Source: Marsupella aquatica (taxonomy: Eukaryota; Plantae; Marchantiophyta). Taken from it: DNA of 64,000 nt. Both the position numbers and the translations under genes were made by a program. The notes under the pieces were generated by a model. It saw nothing but the letters and a program-made list of their open reading frames with translations. It searched no databases and was not told the DNA's origin. The stretch is taken from assembly GCA_973895155.1 (NCBI GenBank), contig OZ316897.1, forward strand, positions 16,315,838-16,379,837. Reading direction: 5' to 3'. Shown here in pieces: positions 12,879-25,852 of the stretch. Numbering within the stretch: the stretch's first letter is position 1; every line of letters starts with the position of its first letter.

Positions 12879-15800
12879 TCACAGGCCGACGGTGCTCGTT
12901 TCTGATACGTACCATCTTGACACCATCTGGTACCATCTGCACAAAAGCGTACCACTAGCTATATTAGCTTACCGTCCCGGCCTTAATTTCTTCTTCGAAA
13001 TAAGTATCATAACAAAACATCTAGCTAGATATTGAATACTGAATTGAATCAAGGAACCTGCAGATGTCTAGGTCATGAAAGCAGTTTCTATGCTATTTAA
13101 TTTGTTTGCACAATTTGAATTTAAATCACACTAACGGTGATTTCTAGCTATAAAAATGAAGGAAACCTTGTTGCATCGCCAAGATTGTCAAACCTCCCCA
13201 AGAATTTCCATCTGAGAAACATGAAAATCGAAAGTAAATTAACAAAATTTGCAGTACAAATTTCTTTGGCTATCGATCTGCTATTCTGGCCACCCGTCAT
13301 GAACTATGTAGGACAGAAGATCTTCAAGAATATGAATCGATGATGGTTTTTGATGTCTCACTTTTTATCAGCTTGTAGCTTGATTTTTACTTCAAACCTG
13401 CCTTCAGGGCATTTAGTCACCCCTTCGTCGACATGAACATGCTTGGAAAGCCTGGCACGTTTATTCAGAAGTTCTCTGAACTGTTTATTGGTCAGTTTAG
13501 CCATCTGCAATAGATTTAAACAGTGTCACTAAATAATATTGCCATTATTTCTTAATTGAGTAAAAAGATTCTTCTCAGAAGATCATTAAAATTAAACGAG
13601 TATTGAGACTACCTCCTCAACATCTACGCTATAATCACAGATGCCTTTGTAGTTCGGCTGGGCAGCTGAAGCATCCAAATGCTTGAGACTTGCTTTATCA
13701 TAGGCTCTGCAGACCGGCCAGTTATCCAAATAAAGAACTGGAGATTAGCGGATATTAGCCATGACGGATGTGATTGTGCACATAAACTCTGAATTACTTA
13801 ATAAAATATATTCGACGACTCACTGCAACGTGAAATTCTATTTCTCAACACAAAAAACTTCACAAAAGAAAACGACTAAGAAATAAAACATTTCAATATA
13901 CTACAACAAATTTTGAGCCTTACCTGGCTGCCTCGGTAGCTGATCCATATGAACCTGGAATAATATATATATATATATATATTATATAACAGCGAATCTC
14001 TTAGAATATATTGTCCTCAAGACACGCAAAATGTCTTGACCAAAATCTTAAACTTATTCGGATTGGAAATTAAATACCTGCTATGAAATGCTACTAACAG
14101 GAAATGAATTACGCGAGGAAAGAATCGCATGATGCGTGTAGAAACATGCTGGGCTCTTAGGCTAGGTAAATACTCGCCTATATAAAATTGCTTTCCGTCC
14201 CTGCAGAATGAGTAACATTACAGTGATTTAGTATTACATTTGAGTACTTCTGATTAGACCTTGATTGAGCCTTAATTACTAGCTGCATGATCGACCTCTA
14301 CAGCGTACATGATTCTTTCCTCTATTCAAAAGTGTATAAAACTTGGATATAATTTGTAGGTCATCCTTCGAAAAGCATCGGCCTGCACAACGCACTAGGG
14401 CGGTGGCCGGGGAAGAAACATTGGAGGAGCTGATCAGAGTTCGTACGTATATGAGTGAGAACTAGCCTTTAGCCATATTAACTCCTGGAAATGCTGCGTA
14501 ATATCCCAGTCACGAGCCCCTTATGATGCATGCATGGACAACAGATAAGATTCAAGTACAAATCTACTGCTAATTGACTGGCAGTTTCGTACCATATGTG
14601 GGCCGTCCAACGACCGATGCGTTTGTAGAAGTTGATACCTAGAAGTCCAAGCTTCGTCGGATCAGGAAGACAAACACCGTTCCGTATCTCCAATAAACCA
14701 GCTCCAGACTTATTACGTGTCGTCACAGAATCACCTCCAGTGTTTTGAGGTATCTTCACGGAATCATCTGTGATATATACATCACAAACAAGCACTTCTA
14801 AGCTAGTGTCTTTGATCAGGACATGCCAAACAGTCTGACCTAAATCTTAAAGTTCTTCCTATTGGAAAACACGTCTCTTATTCAATATCACAGGAAATGA
14901 AGTGCACAAGGAAAGAATTGCATGAAGTGTGTATGTAGAACATGCTGAGCGGACTGTTAATTAAGGTAAGTACTCGCCTATGTAAAATTTCTTTCCATCC
15001 CTGCAGAATCAGTAACATTACAATGAATTAGTATTACGTACGTCTGAGTCGCGCGGGGTTTGAGTAAATGATTAATAAACGTGATTTACTAATCAACTTC
15101 GATCATGGACTCAACAAAATATATATATTAACCACATCGAAAAACTCTTGAGCCCGCTTTGGATGCATGGACAACAAATAAGATTCAGAACTCAGAGAGG
15201 ATATATGTGAAGCAGTACGTTCGTTCAGGTTCAAGTAAAATCCACTGGTAATTGATTGGCATTTTCATATATACCATATGTAGGCAGTCCATCCACAGGT
15301 ACATTCGTTGTAGACAGCGATACCATTAAGGCCAAGCCTTGTTGTAGCTGCAGGAGCACAAACACCCTTGCTTATCTCCAATAAATTAGCTCCAGTGTTT
15401 TCGGGTGTCCTTACAGAATCAGCTGGAACTCTCTCATATGGTACCATCGAGTTTGTTCCACTATTCTGAACCGTCAATTGTTTTTGGGGACGCTGGCGCA
15501 GTTGCACTGCTCCAGTAGTGGTCCCGGTAGTCGTCCCCTTCAATGTTTTTGGGGAACTCTCCTGAGGTTCCACTGCTCCAGCAGTCTTAACCTTCAGTGT
15601 TTTTGGGGGACTCTCCTGAGGTTGCACAGCTCCAGCAGTCTTAACCTTCAATTTTTTTGGGGGACTCGCTTGTAGTTGCACTCGCCTTTTACGAGACGTT
15701 TCATCATTTAGGATGGCCTCTTCCCCTTGAGCCATTCCTATGTAGTGCTGTCCTGACCAAGTTGTATATGCTCGAAAATCGCCACAGGCCTCATTCACCA

Positions 15801-16138
15801 CAAAGTTCTGGGACAGAGGATGAGGAGGATTTCCCTTGACTTTGTTTCCCCTATTTCCCTTTTGTGCCCTGTTCTCTGCAAGGCGAGTGGCGGCCTCTAC
15901 CAATATGTACAAATTGGTAAAGTCAGCATCATCCATCATGGTTATCTCTTCAGTCTTCCAAGGTCGTTTTGCATTCGTCTGCTGCTTCTGGGACTTTCCA
16001 ATTGTCCCAGGATTTCTACCCTGCTTGGACATAAACCTTGTACTGCGGCCTCGGGCGTTCCTCTTAGATACCGACGATAGAATCAAACCTCTCCTTATAG
16101 ACACCAGGTTGGCTCTGTACGTTATAAGCTTGGCGCAC
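12879..16138 (-). CDS. Divergent euAP2 (APETALA2-type) transcription factor, copy A; duplicated first half-domain; second AP2 repeat lacks its helix; 5' and 3' ends uncertain
   Basis: Exons ~16138-15275 (...GWTAYIW), 15000-14978 (DGKKFYI, GC donor), 14767-14593 (...GRWTAHIW), 14200-14178 (DGKQFYIG, GC donor), 13954-13924 (SYGSATEAAR), 13706-13613 (AYDKASLKHL...), 13504-13362 (MAKLTNKQFRELL...GRFEVKI), 13211-13167 (WKFLGRFDNLGDAT). Exon breaks follow the euAP2 pattern WESHIW|DxGKQVYLG|GFDTAxxAAR|AYDRAA...|MxxLTKEEF...|YVYLGLF. Confidence 0.8.
15480..15680 (-). repeat. 48-bp (16-aa) coding tandem repeat in the AP2 copy A N-terminus
   Basis: SPPKKLKVKTAGAVQPQE / SPPKTLKVKTAGAVEPQE / SSPKTLKGTT repeated in ORF 15265-16104. 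Confidence 0.75.
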
Positions 16139-19100
16139 CTATAAAGAACACCGGCAGGACAAGTCAGCTAGCTAGGTTGTGAAGGCTGTCACTTCTAGTT
16201 TCTCAATATATATGTAGATAATCAAATTAATCCATCTTCTAAAACCTTAATTCAGTCCTGTATATCATCAATAGTAATTCCAGTTCTAGCTCTGAAAATG
16301 GATAATCATCTCAGTAGCTAGAATAAGCTTCTTAGAGTATAATGGGGAGACGCCGATATCGCTCACTTGGAAAAGATGATTATATTCACTAAAAAATCCT
16401 ACAGACAAAAGAACAGTGACCTACTTTGTCTGTACGTCCTGATATCAAATGGACGCATCTGAAAATAATTAATGTTGCCTGGTATGTGACTTCCCTGATA
16501 TATATGATCGAACAGTATACCTTTAAATTCAAGGAAAACCAGCACTTCCCTTCAATTATTTGGCAATTAGGGTAGCTTAAAGAGAAGAGATATCAGATCC
16601 CTGAATCATTGACATGCAAGAGAACAGTAAGCAATGGAAATGCTTACCTCTATCTCCTAGGCTTGAATAAGCACCCCAAATCTCGATAGCAATCTTGTAA
16701 GCGTCAATGCTTAGTCAAGTGCACAAAAAAGCATCAGGCACCGAAACACACTGCTGAATGATGCAGGCCAAATGGAGAAGCCAGGCTTAAATGAACATAG
16801 ACGGAGAACGGCGCAATGATAGCCCGGCTCGGTGACTAAGGACAGGCATTGCGGACTTCTTACCAACAGAGTGACCCTGCTTGCATGCTGACTTACAAGG
16901 GACAGTGCCTTTGATGTGTTACTGACTCTTGGAACTGGCTTCACGAGTGAGGAAAGGTAGTTTTAATAACGTGTTACTGGTTATTGGGACTGGGCTCACG
17001 AGTAAGGACCGGTCCGATAATGTGTTACTGACTATTGGCTCACGCCCAAAAGCGAGTGTGACTAATATATTTATCAACTTGTCCCCCACACTATTGAATT
17101 TGCTTCCCTGCCCCCCATACAGTATTGCACCCCATGCACCCCATACGGTCGATCAGTATCTACCCAACTTCGGTTCTCTGGCTATCCTTTGTGGCACCCT
17201 AGGTGTCATTTTTATGAAAGTGAAAGCCCCTTTTAATACAGGGGTCTACAGCCAAACAAGCCAGCTTTTAAGGATTTTATAAAATTACAACATGTACAGG
17301 AATATTTTTTAATTTCATATGGAAAAAAAAGAGAACCAAACCATTTATACTACTTGGAAATTTTTAAAAGTGTAAAACTTAGGTTTTTTCAGATTTTAAT
17401 AATTTTGTATAGCTAGCCAATTTTTCTGTCCATATAAAAATGTAGATCCTAGCTTGTCTATTATACACGAATTGAGTACCCCCCCTGGGTGAGGGCAAGG
17501 AGGTGAAAGTGAGAAGACAAAAAGGCAAATGGCGAATAAGGACTTCAAACCTCCTCAAGCCACTATATGCCTAGATAAGGACATGCGAACGTGTTTGCAA
17601 TCATTCAGCCCTGCCGTGCGTCAGTGAGTCGGTGTTACATAATGCTTTCCGTTTGTGGGTGGGGTCATTCTACTGATTTCATTTTGTTTTCTCGCTCTCC
17701 CTCTCCGTATTATTTCACTGGAAAACTGTATTCCCCACCTTCACAACCTACGAAGATCTAACGGTGCAGAGGAGTGTAAGCTCTGGACAATCTAACAGTG
17801 CTGATCGATGCAAATCCTCTTGAAATTATATATCCAAGTTACAAATTGTACCACCTCACGAGTGCTCAGTGAAGTAGAGATAGTGTAGCTAGCCAATGAC
17901 ATACAGGGAAACAAGTCGGGAATACATGGAGAAAGTGTCTTTGTGGAAGGCCGGATGTTCCTAGCCTTAGAGTGACCATCCAACGGGCTTGAGTATGCCA
18001 TTTGGAAAGTGCTTCACACACTTTCCCCATACTGGTTAGTGAAATCCCCGGGAAAATCAGTCATGTAATATATATACAGATAGGTATGTTACTCTCAGAG
18101 TAGTCGGGAAAGCGTTGAACGTCACGGAGTATGGGAAGCCCAAGGTAGCTAGGGATTGCCTGCAAAAGTGCGTAAGATTTCCCTTGAATGTACCCAACTT
18201 CGTTGTATAAGACAGGGAATTACCAGTAACGTACAGTTAGGGAAGATCAGTTGGCACGACTGTGCACATACTCCTCGTGCCAGATTCGAAGATTTAAGAG
18301 GAAAGGGTGAACGTTCTTATGGTCCAATGGCAGGCTCGAGCTAGAACGATTCACGGCTATATATGGCAATTCCCTATCACGGAGTATAGACTCACAGCAT
18401 ACATATATGGAGAATCCATCCTGGTAATTATAGTATTGTCACTGGGTTTCAGGTCATTCTGTAGATGCCAGCTCAATATCAAAGCTCATCTTCTGTTTCA
18501 ACTGTCTGTGCTATCATGCTGCTCTCTGAGTAGTTACTGGCTCCTCTTCTGTTTTTGGTCTCATGTCTCTTGTCTGGCTCTGTTTGTTATTTAGTATTAT
18601 GAGGGGGATTATGTTGCCCATCAAGGCTTTCTTAATTTCATGGTCCATCTGTAACACAGGAGGGTTTCCTGTGTCCAATAAATTCTGGGGCAGGGTTTGC
18701 CTTTTCCCTAAGGCTTTTATTTTAATAACAGAGAGTAAAGTAAGCCCTACCCAAAAGTTGCCTGGCCTTTGCAAGGCCACTTTAGCATGAACCCAGTCTT
18801 CTAAAGGTTCTCAACTGACCAATCTAACCATAGCATAGCATATCTAACACTATAATAACCGATGCCGCCTTTTTTGCCTTTTGTCCATTTGCAAAATGAG
18901 CTGAGGGCGGGAGTCATGTGTGGCCGTTGGATTACTTGACGTTTTTTAGAAGCCGGTTTGTTTGTGTGCCCCCTCGCTTTCTCCTCTGCCCTCACCCTCC
19001 ATGCCACGGCCTGCCACAATCCTGTATCCCACGGCCTAGCCTTTGTGCTTGCCCTTTGACATCCACCCTTGCCATGGGCCTGGCTCGCCCCCTGGTGCAC

Positions 19101-19529
19101 GGTCCTGCCACGGCCCTGACACGCCCATGGCCCACCCTCCTTCCCACGCTGCCCTCCCCCTGCCATTCTGCCTCTCCGTGGCTTGCTTTGAGTGCTACGG
19201 CCCCCCTGGGCCCTCAGTCTTAACTAATATGTGGAGGACGTGCGAAGGCTTGAAAGGTAGTTTTTATTAATTTTGAACTAATAATTATAATCATTACTGG
19301 CAATAAGGGAACTTTTAATAGTAAAATGGAAATAACAAGGGGTAAACAGGAAAAGGGCCCGATCGCAGGGGGGTCTACTTCTTTTACACGGAGTGAGGGC
19401 CTAGGGTACGGCCCTACCACAGCCAAGCTCTGTCGCCAGTCCAGGCGCAGTCGCTGCCCCCACCCTGCTGATCCAGGCGAAAACCATTGCCCTGTGCTCA
19501 GGTGCTATCGCTGCACACTTGCCCTGCCC

Positions 19530-20290
19530 TGACAGTCCAGGCGTGGCAGTGATAGACAGGCACCGATGGCCACCCACAGTCCAGGTGCGGCTGTGGCGGA
19601 TGGGTTGCCCCAGCCCCGCCTGGACTGTGGGTGGCTGTGACCCGGTGCCCGTCGCTGCCAGTCCGCCCCACCTGCGCCTGGACTATGGGTGCCCGTCGCC
19701 CAGTGGCCATCACTAGCCGTTTGCCCCCAGCCGCGTCTGGACTGAGGGTGGCCGTTGCTGCCCATCCGCCCCCAGCCGCGTCTGGACTGTGGTGCCCATC
19801 CCCCCGTGGCCTTCGCTGGCTGTTTTCCCCCAGCCGCGCCTGGACTATGGTGCCCGTCGCCCGGTGGCCGTCGCTGGCCGTTTGCCCCCAGCCGCGTCTG
19901 GACTGAGGGTGGCTGTTGCTGCCCATCCGCCCCCAGCCGCGTCTGGACTGTGGTGCCCATCCCCCCGTGGCCTTCGCTGGCTGTTTTCCCCCAGCCGCGC
20001 CTGGACTATGGTGCCCGTCGCCCGGTGGCCGTCGCTGGCCGTTTGCCCCCAGCCGCGCCTGGACTATGGGTGCCCGTCGCTGCATGGCCGTTGCTGGCCG
20101 TCCGCCCCCAGCCGCGCCTAGACTGTGGGCCCCCGCCGCCCGGTGCCCGTCGCTGTCCATCCACCCCCAGCCGCGCCTGGACCCGTGGGTCCCCGTCGCC
20201 GGTCGCTCATCGCTGCCTCTCTACCATGGCCGCCCGTCACTGCTCATCGGCCACCACGTACCGCGCCTGGACTGTGGGTGGCTGTTGTCC
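19530..20290. repeat. GC-rich minisatellite (~38-42-bp units, 161-bp higher-order repeat) inside the Helitron
   Basis: ccccagccgcg(c/t)ctggact recurs. The block from ~19717 is repeated almost exactly 161 bp downstream. Confidence 0.9.
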
Positions 20291-20339
20291 ATCGCTGCCT
20301 CTCCGCTGCCGCCGCACCTGAACTGCCACGGCCCTGGTG

Positions 20340-21925
20340 ACCATGCGACAATGGCTCTTGCTCGGGGTTTGTATGAGAACGATGAGGAGTGGGATAGATG
20401 CCTTCAAGAAGCGGCAAGCATGCACACAGGTGCGCAAATTTGGCAACTATTTATTCCAATATTGTTGTTTGGAGGTGTTGCCAAACCGTGCGACCTGTGG
20501 GCACAACATGCATCCAATTTGAGTGATGATTAGGTATCGTTTGCAATCAATGGGTTTCTTAGATTCTACAGAGTAGCAGCAACAAAGCTTTGCTCTACAT
20601 TTGATGGATGAAGTTTTGAAAAGTGTCGGTAAAACATTGTTGGAGTTTGGCCTTCCAGAACCAGGTATGGAGTTTTTCGAAGAGGAAGAAAATAGAAACC
20701 TGTTGAAAAGAGTCTAGGAGACATGTTATCCAATGGATGTACTTCTACAACAACTTGCAGAGCAAGAGCCATTGTTGAATGAGGGTCAAAGGGCAATGTA
20801 CACTTCAATACTTGCAGCGGTGAGGGCTTGAGATGGAGCGACATTCTTTATTGATGGACCAGGGGGGATGGGCAAAACATTTGTGAAAAATGTTCTACTT
20901 TGGAGAGTCCGTGCAGATGGGGACGTCACATAGGCCGTGGCTTCCTCTGGCATTGCAAGTCTTTTGTTAGATGGAGGACGCACCGCGCATTCTTGATTCA
21001 AGCTACCATTGAAACCAATCTCAACATCAACATGCGCCATCCAAAAACAATCTGACCTTGCCGGATTATTGTGGAGGGCAACTTTTACTTTGTGGGATGA
21101 AGCACCCATGATCCATTGGCATGGAGTGGAGGCGTTTGACAGAACTTTACGCGACATACGAGATAATGACCAAATCTTTGGAGGGGTTGTAGTTGTATTT
21201 GCAGGTGATGTTTGTCCAGAGATAGTGGTGTCGTGTTTGAAGAAGTCTTATGTCTGGAGTAGTATACAGACTTTGAAGCTAATTGAAAATATGCGGGCAA
21301 GAGGAACTAATGCCTCTCCTGAATTTGGTGATGTTACTTTTGCGGAGTGGCTACTACAATTGGGCGATGATAAACTCCCAAAAGGAGGGCCTTCGAATAA
21401 TCTTCTTACTTGCCCTGAGTCTATGGTGGTGGATGGAGGACGTGTGGAATCATTGATTCATGCAATTTACCCATCTCTTGCTAATGTAGACGATAGGTTC
21501 TTAGTGAGAGAACTATCCTGGCGCCGACAAATGATGAGGCCCTAAAAATTAATGACTCTATCTTAGAAGGACTTCCCAGGGAATCAAGTGAGTTTTTTAG
21601 CGTTGATCGTTCGGATCAGCTTGAAAGGGAGAATTTCTACCCTACAGAGTTCTTAAATACACTCACGCCAAGTGGTCTTCTGCCTCATAAGTTGGTATTG
21701 AAGGTCGGATGCCCAATCATTTTACTTAGGAATATAGATCACTCTTTGGGGTTGTGTAATGGTACTTGGCTAATTGTGAGAGCAATGAATCGTTGTGTCA
21801 TTGAGGCACGAGTTCTTGCAGGAAAACATGCAGGTACCCTTACATTTATCTCACGGATTCTATTGACATCTAACGAATCACTTCCTTTTTTATTACGTAG
21901 GGCCCAATTTCCCATTTGAGTGGCA
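20340..21925 (+). pseudogene. Helitron RepHel remnant: linker plus PIF1-type helicase with stops and frameshifts
   Basis: ALARGLYENDEEWDRCLQEAA...LFIPILLF..PCDLW; FFIDGPGGMGKTF (Walker A); VASSGIASLLLDGGRTAHS*FKLP; WDEAPM; FGGVVVVFAGD; LKVGCPIILLRNIDHSLGLCNGT; RAQFPI*. Confidence 0.88.
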
Positions 21926-22044
21926 TGTAGTTCTTTATTGAACGCATGAACCTGCGCATGAATAAAGATTGCATCACTTTTGTATTAATATGTTTGACTT
22001 TTTGCCTGAATTATATGTTTGCAATGCACAACCATGTTTGCCTC

Positions 22045-22450
22045 GCCTCAAAATCTTGCCTCACCTTGACATCTTGCCCTCTCCTCGACATCTTGCCCTC
22101 ACCTCCACATCTTGCCCTCACCTCCACATCTTGCCCTCACCTCGACATCTTGCTCTCATCTCGACATCATGTCCTCACCTCGACATGTTGCCCTCTCTTT
22201 GACCTGTTGCCCTCTCCTCGATATCTTGCTCTCGCCTTGACATCTTGCCCTCACCTCGACATCTTGCCCTCTCCTCCAAATCTTGCCCTCTCCTCGATAT
22301 CTTGCCCTCTCCTCGACATCTTGCCCTCTCCTCAATATCTTGCCCTCTCCTCAAAATCTTGCCCTCACCTCGACATCTTGCCCTCTCCTCGAAATCTTGC
22401 CATCTCCTCGACATCTTGTCCTCAACTCGACATCTTGCCCTCTCCTCGAA
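22045..22450. repeat. 19-bp minisatellite in the Helitron 3' subterminal region
   Basis: About 21 copies of tcttgccctc(t/a)cctcgaca. Confidence 0.92.
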
Positions 22451-23043
22451 GTCTTTTGTGCAACGCACGGGCATGGGGCTAGTATATAGTATAAGAAAAC
22501 AAAACCTTAGTGAACCGCAGCCTACATATATTTCTGTTTTGCATCCAAAGAATGAACAAACAGCACAAACCCAGCTATTGTGGAGATATCGAATTAAAGC
22601 AAATACAATCGTAATTAATGAAGTAACTTGAAACCTTAACGAGAAACCTTGCAGACTGAGGAAATGCGAGAAAAACTATCATTTCTGTCAATTGATAGGA
22701 CGAGAGTAAACCCTAATGCTGTGAGCTTTCGAACATGTAGGACGGATCGACACCCCGCACATGTACACTAAAATATATTGCAACAAATTGGAAAGGTGCG
22801 AATGCAGAATATATTGCAAAATGCAAAACAACGAGTTTGAGTGATGGGAGTGAAGATTTTGAGATGACCGAGTATCATCTGTCACTGTAAACTAGTAGTA
22901 GCTAGTGATTCGAAGCATATATTATCTCTCTGAAGTCTCATTGTTTAGGACAACGTGATCGACCAACGCTTCTAGAGTTTAAGTCGGTGCAGACCGTGAA
23001 GAACCATAAAAATCCTCGGCCATTGACTCATGAAATGGTAATC

Positions 23044-23982
23044 TTAGAAGGTATTTTTGCTTACTACCAGTGCGTAACCTGCAGGCGATGAAGCACTTTT
23101 CCAAATTTCAATCCCGTCTCCTTCTCTTAGAGAATGCCACACGAAAAAATCACGTATATTTCGTAACATGTATATTCTTTTTGCTGTCACCTCAGACTTA
23201 AACTTCAACCTCATCGTCCACACGCGTTCGGCCTCCCAGTCAACAAAACTGACTGAATAACCTCCCTTGTCTTCCACATGGGGAAAGTGAGTTTTGACAT
23301 CTTTCTTTCCGAGAAATATTGATCCAGAACATGTCATTCCCAATTTCTCATCCGTCTTGGTCAGTTTCTTTCGAATGATCTGTTTCCAGGCTACGGTGGT
23401 AGCATCTTTCCCTAACGAGGCTGGCATATATTTAATTATTGATTTGTCAAATCTCAGGATATGCCGATTCCCTGACTCTTCTCTATAAATCCGCAGCATG
23501 TGACCTTTCAGTTTATGGTGGTTGGTGTACCTAATAGAGTCCTTCAGTCTGTATTGTGTACATGATGCAGAGGAAGCGGTGGCCGTCAATCTCATGCTCC
23601 ATATCTTTCCAGCTTCCGCTCCATCGTGCAAAGTCAATTGCAGTTGACTTGAAACGGGGCCAAAATTCAATTCAACAGGTTTTTTAGGTAGTAACACCCC
23701 GGTGGCGTCATGCCCAACATCTGTTTTCGTTAATAGCTTCTCCACAAGCAAGAGTTCTGTGGGAAGGTTTCCGCTCCCACCAACAAGTTGACCGGCTGGA
23801 CTTTGGTTCGCTCCTATCCAACCCGGCTCCGTATTGAATTGCTGCGCGTTACCCTGGTCAATCGGCATATCGATCTTCGTATACTGGGTCAACAACATTC
23901 TCGACTTCTTCATTAAACATATCAACCTGGGGGGTTTTCTCGTTGTTGAGGATGCCTGTGTGGAAGACGTGTTCTTGGGCAT
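23044..23982 (-). CDS. Intronless ORF with two tandem divergent B3 DNA-binding domains (ABI3/LAV-like); probable N-terminal part 24736-24000 interrupted by stops
   Basis: LLVEKLLTKTDVG...VLLPKKPVELNFG...KIWSMRL...QYRLK and IIRKKLTKTD...IFLGKKDVKTHFPHVEDKGGYSVSFVDWEAERVWTMRLKF...RIYMLRNIRDFFVWHSLREGDGIEIWK match the B3 consensus (K.L..SDV...+LPKK.AE.H.P...W..R.+FW...Y+LE....F+....L..GD). Confidence 0.8.
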   Translation of the reverse strand: MPKNTSSTQASSTTRKPPRLICLMKKSRMLLTQYTKIDMPIDQGNAQQFNTEPGWIGANQSPAGQLVGGSGNLPTELLLVEKLLTKTDVGHDATGVLLPKKPVELNFGPVSSQLQLTLHDGAEAGKIWSMRLTATASSASCTQYRLKDSIRYTNHHKLKGHMLRIYREESGNRHILRFDKSIIKYMPASLGKDATTVAWKQIIRKKLTKTDEKLGMTCSGSIFLGKKDVKTHFPHVEDKGGYSVSFVDWEAERVWTMRLKFKSEVTAKRIYMLRNIRDFFVWHSLREGDGIEIWKSASSPAGYALVVSKNTF

Positions 23983-24779
23983 CGCATCCGTTGATGTCTG
24001 ATGTCAAATTCTGGCCTTGTCGAGCATGCCATCCTGTAGCTGAGGTAATACTACTTGAAGGTGGGTGACCACTTGGTAGACCAGAGTGCATTATGTCGCT
24101 TGTAGACCTGGCGTCCAGTGTCGATGCAAGGTCTGAGTCGTGCTCCAGTTAACCCATTGGAATATCATTTTGTGTACTTTCTTCTATAATCTGGCAGCCG
24201 ACCTCTTCGCTCAAAGAGTAACTTCTACTACTTGAGATTGAAGGGTGTGCATTTGGAGTCTAGCTCTGAATCCGTAATCACAAGGATTCCATCCTTCACT
24301 TCAGCTGTGGAGATGTCATAGTCGGCAACACTCAGAGGAACGAAGGTTGAGGGACATGAATCTGAGATCTCTGCATCAACTTTCTCCAACTCTGGCTTAT
24401 CTTTCCATATTCCGTCGAAAAACTCTCTGAATTGTTCACCAAACCGATCCCTAACGGGATTTGCTCAGTGCCGACGATCCCTCTTTGAAGGGTGGGCTCG
24501 TGGGTAATCTCAACAGCGGAAGTAGATTGATGTACATTGCCTTCATTGATATCGATTATCAAATTCTGGTCGTGGAATTGAGCGTGCACTGTAGGATTCC
24601 CCGTACGGATGTGGAGCAACGGTGAAATGCCTGGACTGTTCACGTTTCCATTCTCGACATGGGAATTTTCCTGACTATTCTGGGACATGGGAATTTTCCT
24701 GACTATTCTGGTCATAACCAGAGATGAATGATCCATAATGCAGTAGCAGTAGCAGGAATTAAAAACTTGCCTTATAGAA

Positions 24780-25852
24780 TGTGTAGTTCTAGGTAGGGTT
24801 ATGTGCAGCAGGTTGGTTTGTTGGTTTAGGTAAGCACCCTACTTACACTTTAGGTTATTTTTCATAGAAAGGATTAACGGGCCAAGTTGGACCTGCGTGC
24901 AAAAGTACACAGTCAGCAAGACCCGTAAGTAAGGGAGGGAGTGCCAGGCTGGACCAACCAAGTCACCTAGATATAAAAAATATGCTTAGACTTGTTAAAA
25001 ATACCTTGCAAGAGAGGGAGACCAAGCTGGACCCACCAAGCAGCCACGAAAGCGGGGTGTGGGTCATGCTGACCAACCAAGCCAGCTAGGCACACAAGCC
25101 CACTAAGGCGAGGGCTAGTAAGAATGATCGGACGGGAGGCAGGGGAGCTAGGGATGGATGGATCGGATGGAGGAGCCGGTCGGATGGGAAGGGCCAGTAG
25201 GATGGAAGGCCGAGTTTGAACCAACCAAGAAGCCTGGGCACAAAAGCACCTCACACCAAGCCGGGAAGGCACGGATCGAGGGAGAAAGGGAAGATACAGG
25301 ATAGATTAGCTCCACTATATAAAGAGAAAGCCAAACAAAGGGACACTTACAATAGAGGAAACGAAATTTAGGTCAAGTCAACTCGCACACGTGAACTACT
25401 CGCGGCGCAGGACGGTTCGTTCACAGTACTTCAGAGAGGCAGGATTCTTCTAACTCCCTCTTGTGTTGTCATTTTACTTGTTCAGGGGTCTTAATGTAGC
25501 ATCTTGTGAAGCTAGTTAGCCTAGATCGAGCACCAGATCGGAGCACCCCCTACCCGAGTGCCCTCGATAGTCCCTTCTTCAAGTCAAAATAGCCACTGCT
25601 ATGTCGCGGCTAACAATATGGCCTGTTAAGATCCCTCCAATCATAGGTTTTCTCGAAGTAACTGGCGGGGCAACAGGAAGACTCCAGAAAGGCTTCAGCA
25701 GTGACTACTGCACATAAATGTTGATTTCGAGATGTAGCGATGTGTTGCAGAGTGCAGTTCGTCTGTGGAGATGTTTGATTCACTTTTATGTTTCTAGGGA
25801 TCTCCATTCACTTTTGCCCAACTTGTTCTTTACTAGGTTGCCTCTTTACACA
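24780..25852 (+). mobile_element. Possible solo LTR or LTR fragment (unclassified)
   Basis: TGTGTA...TACACA termini, purine-rich block and ctatataaag TATA at ~25315. No TSD found. Confidence 0.3.

Larger units (their letters stand above)
18843..22482 (+). mobile_element. Degenerate Helitron (5' boundary tentative)
   Basis: 3' end is hairpin tgtgcaacgcacgg followed by CTAG|T at 22479-22483. Internal RepHel remnant. Candidate A|TC 5' end at 18843 (TCTAACACTATAATA); alternative TC starts near 19218 and 19374. Confidence 0.75.

Noticed and set aside
19498-20340. Long overlapping ORFs on both strands (up to 220 aa)
   Set aside because: Artefacts of the GC-rich minisatellite; the peptides simply repeat the unit.
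21946-22631. LRR-like looking ORFs (SCPLLDILPS repeats)
   Set aside because: The 19-bp unit cycles through frames; this is a non-coding Helitron minisatellite.
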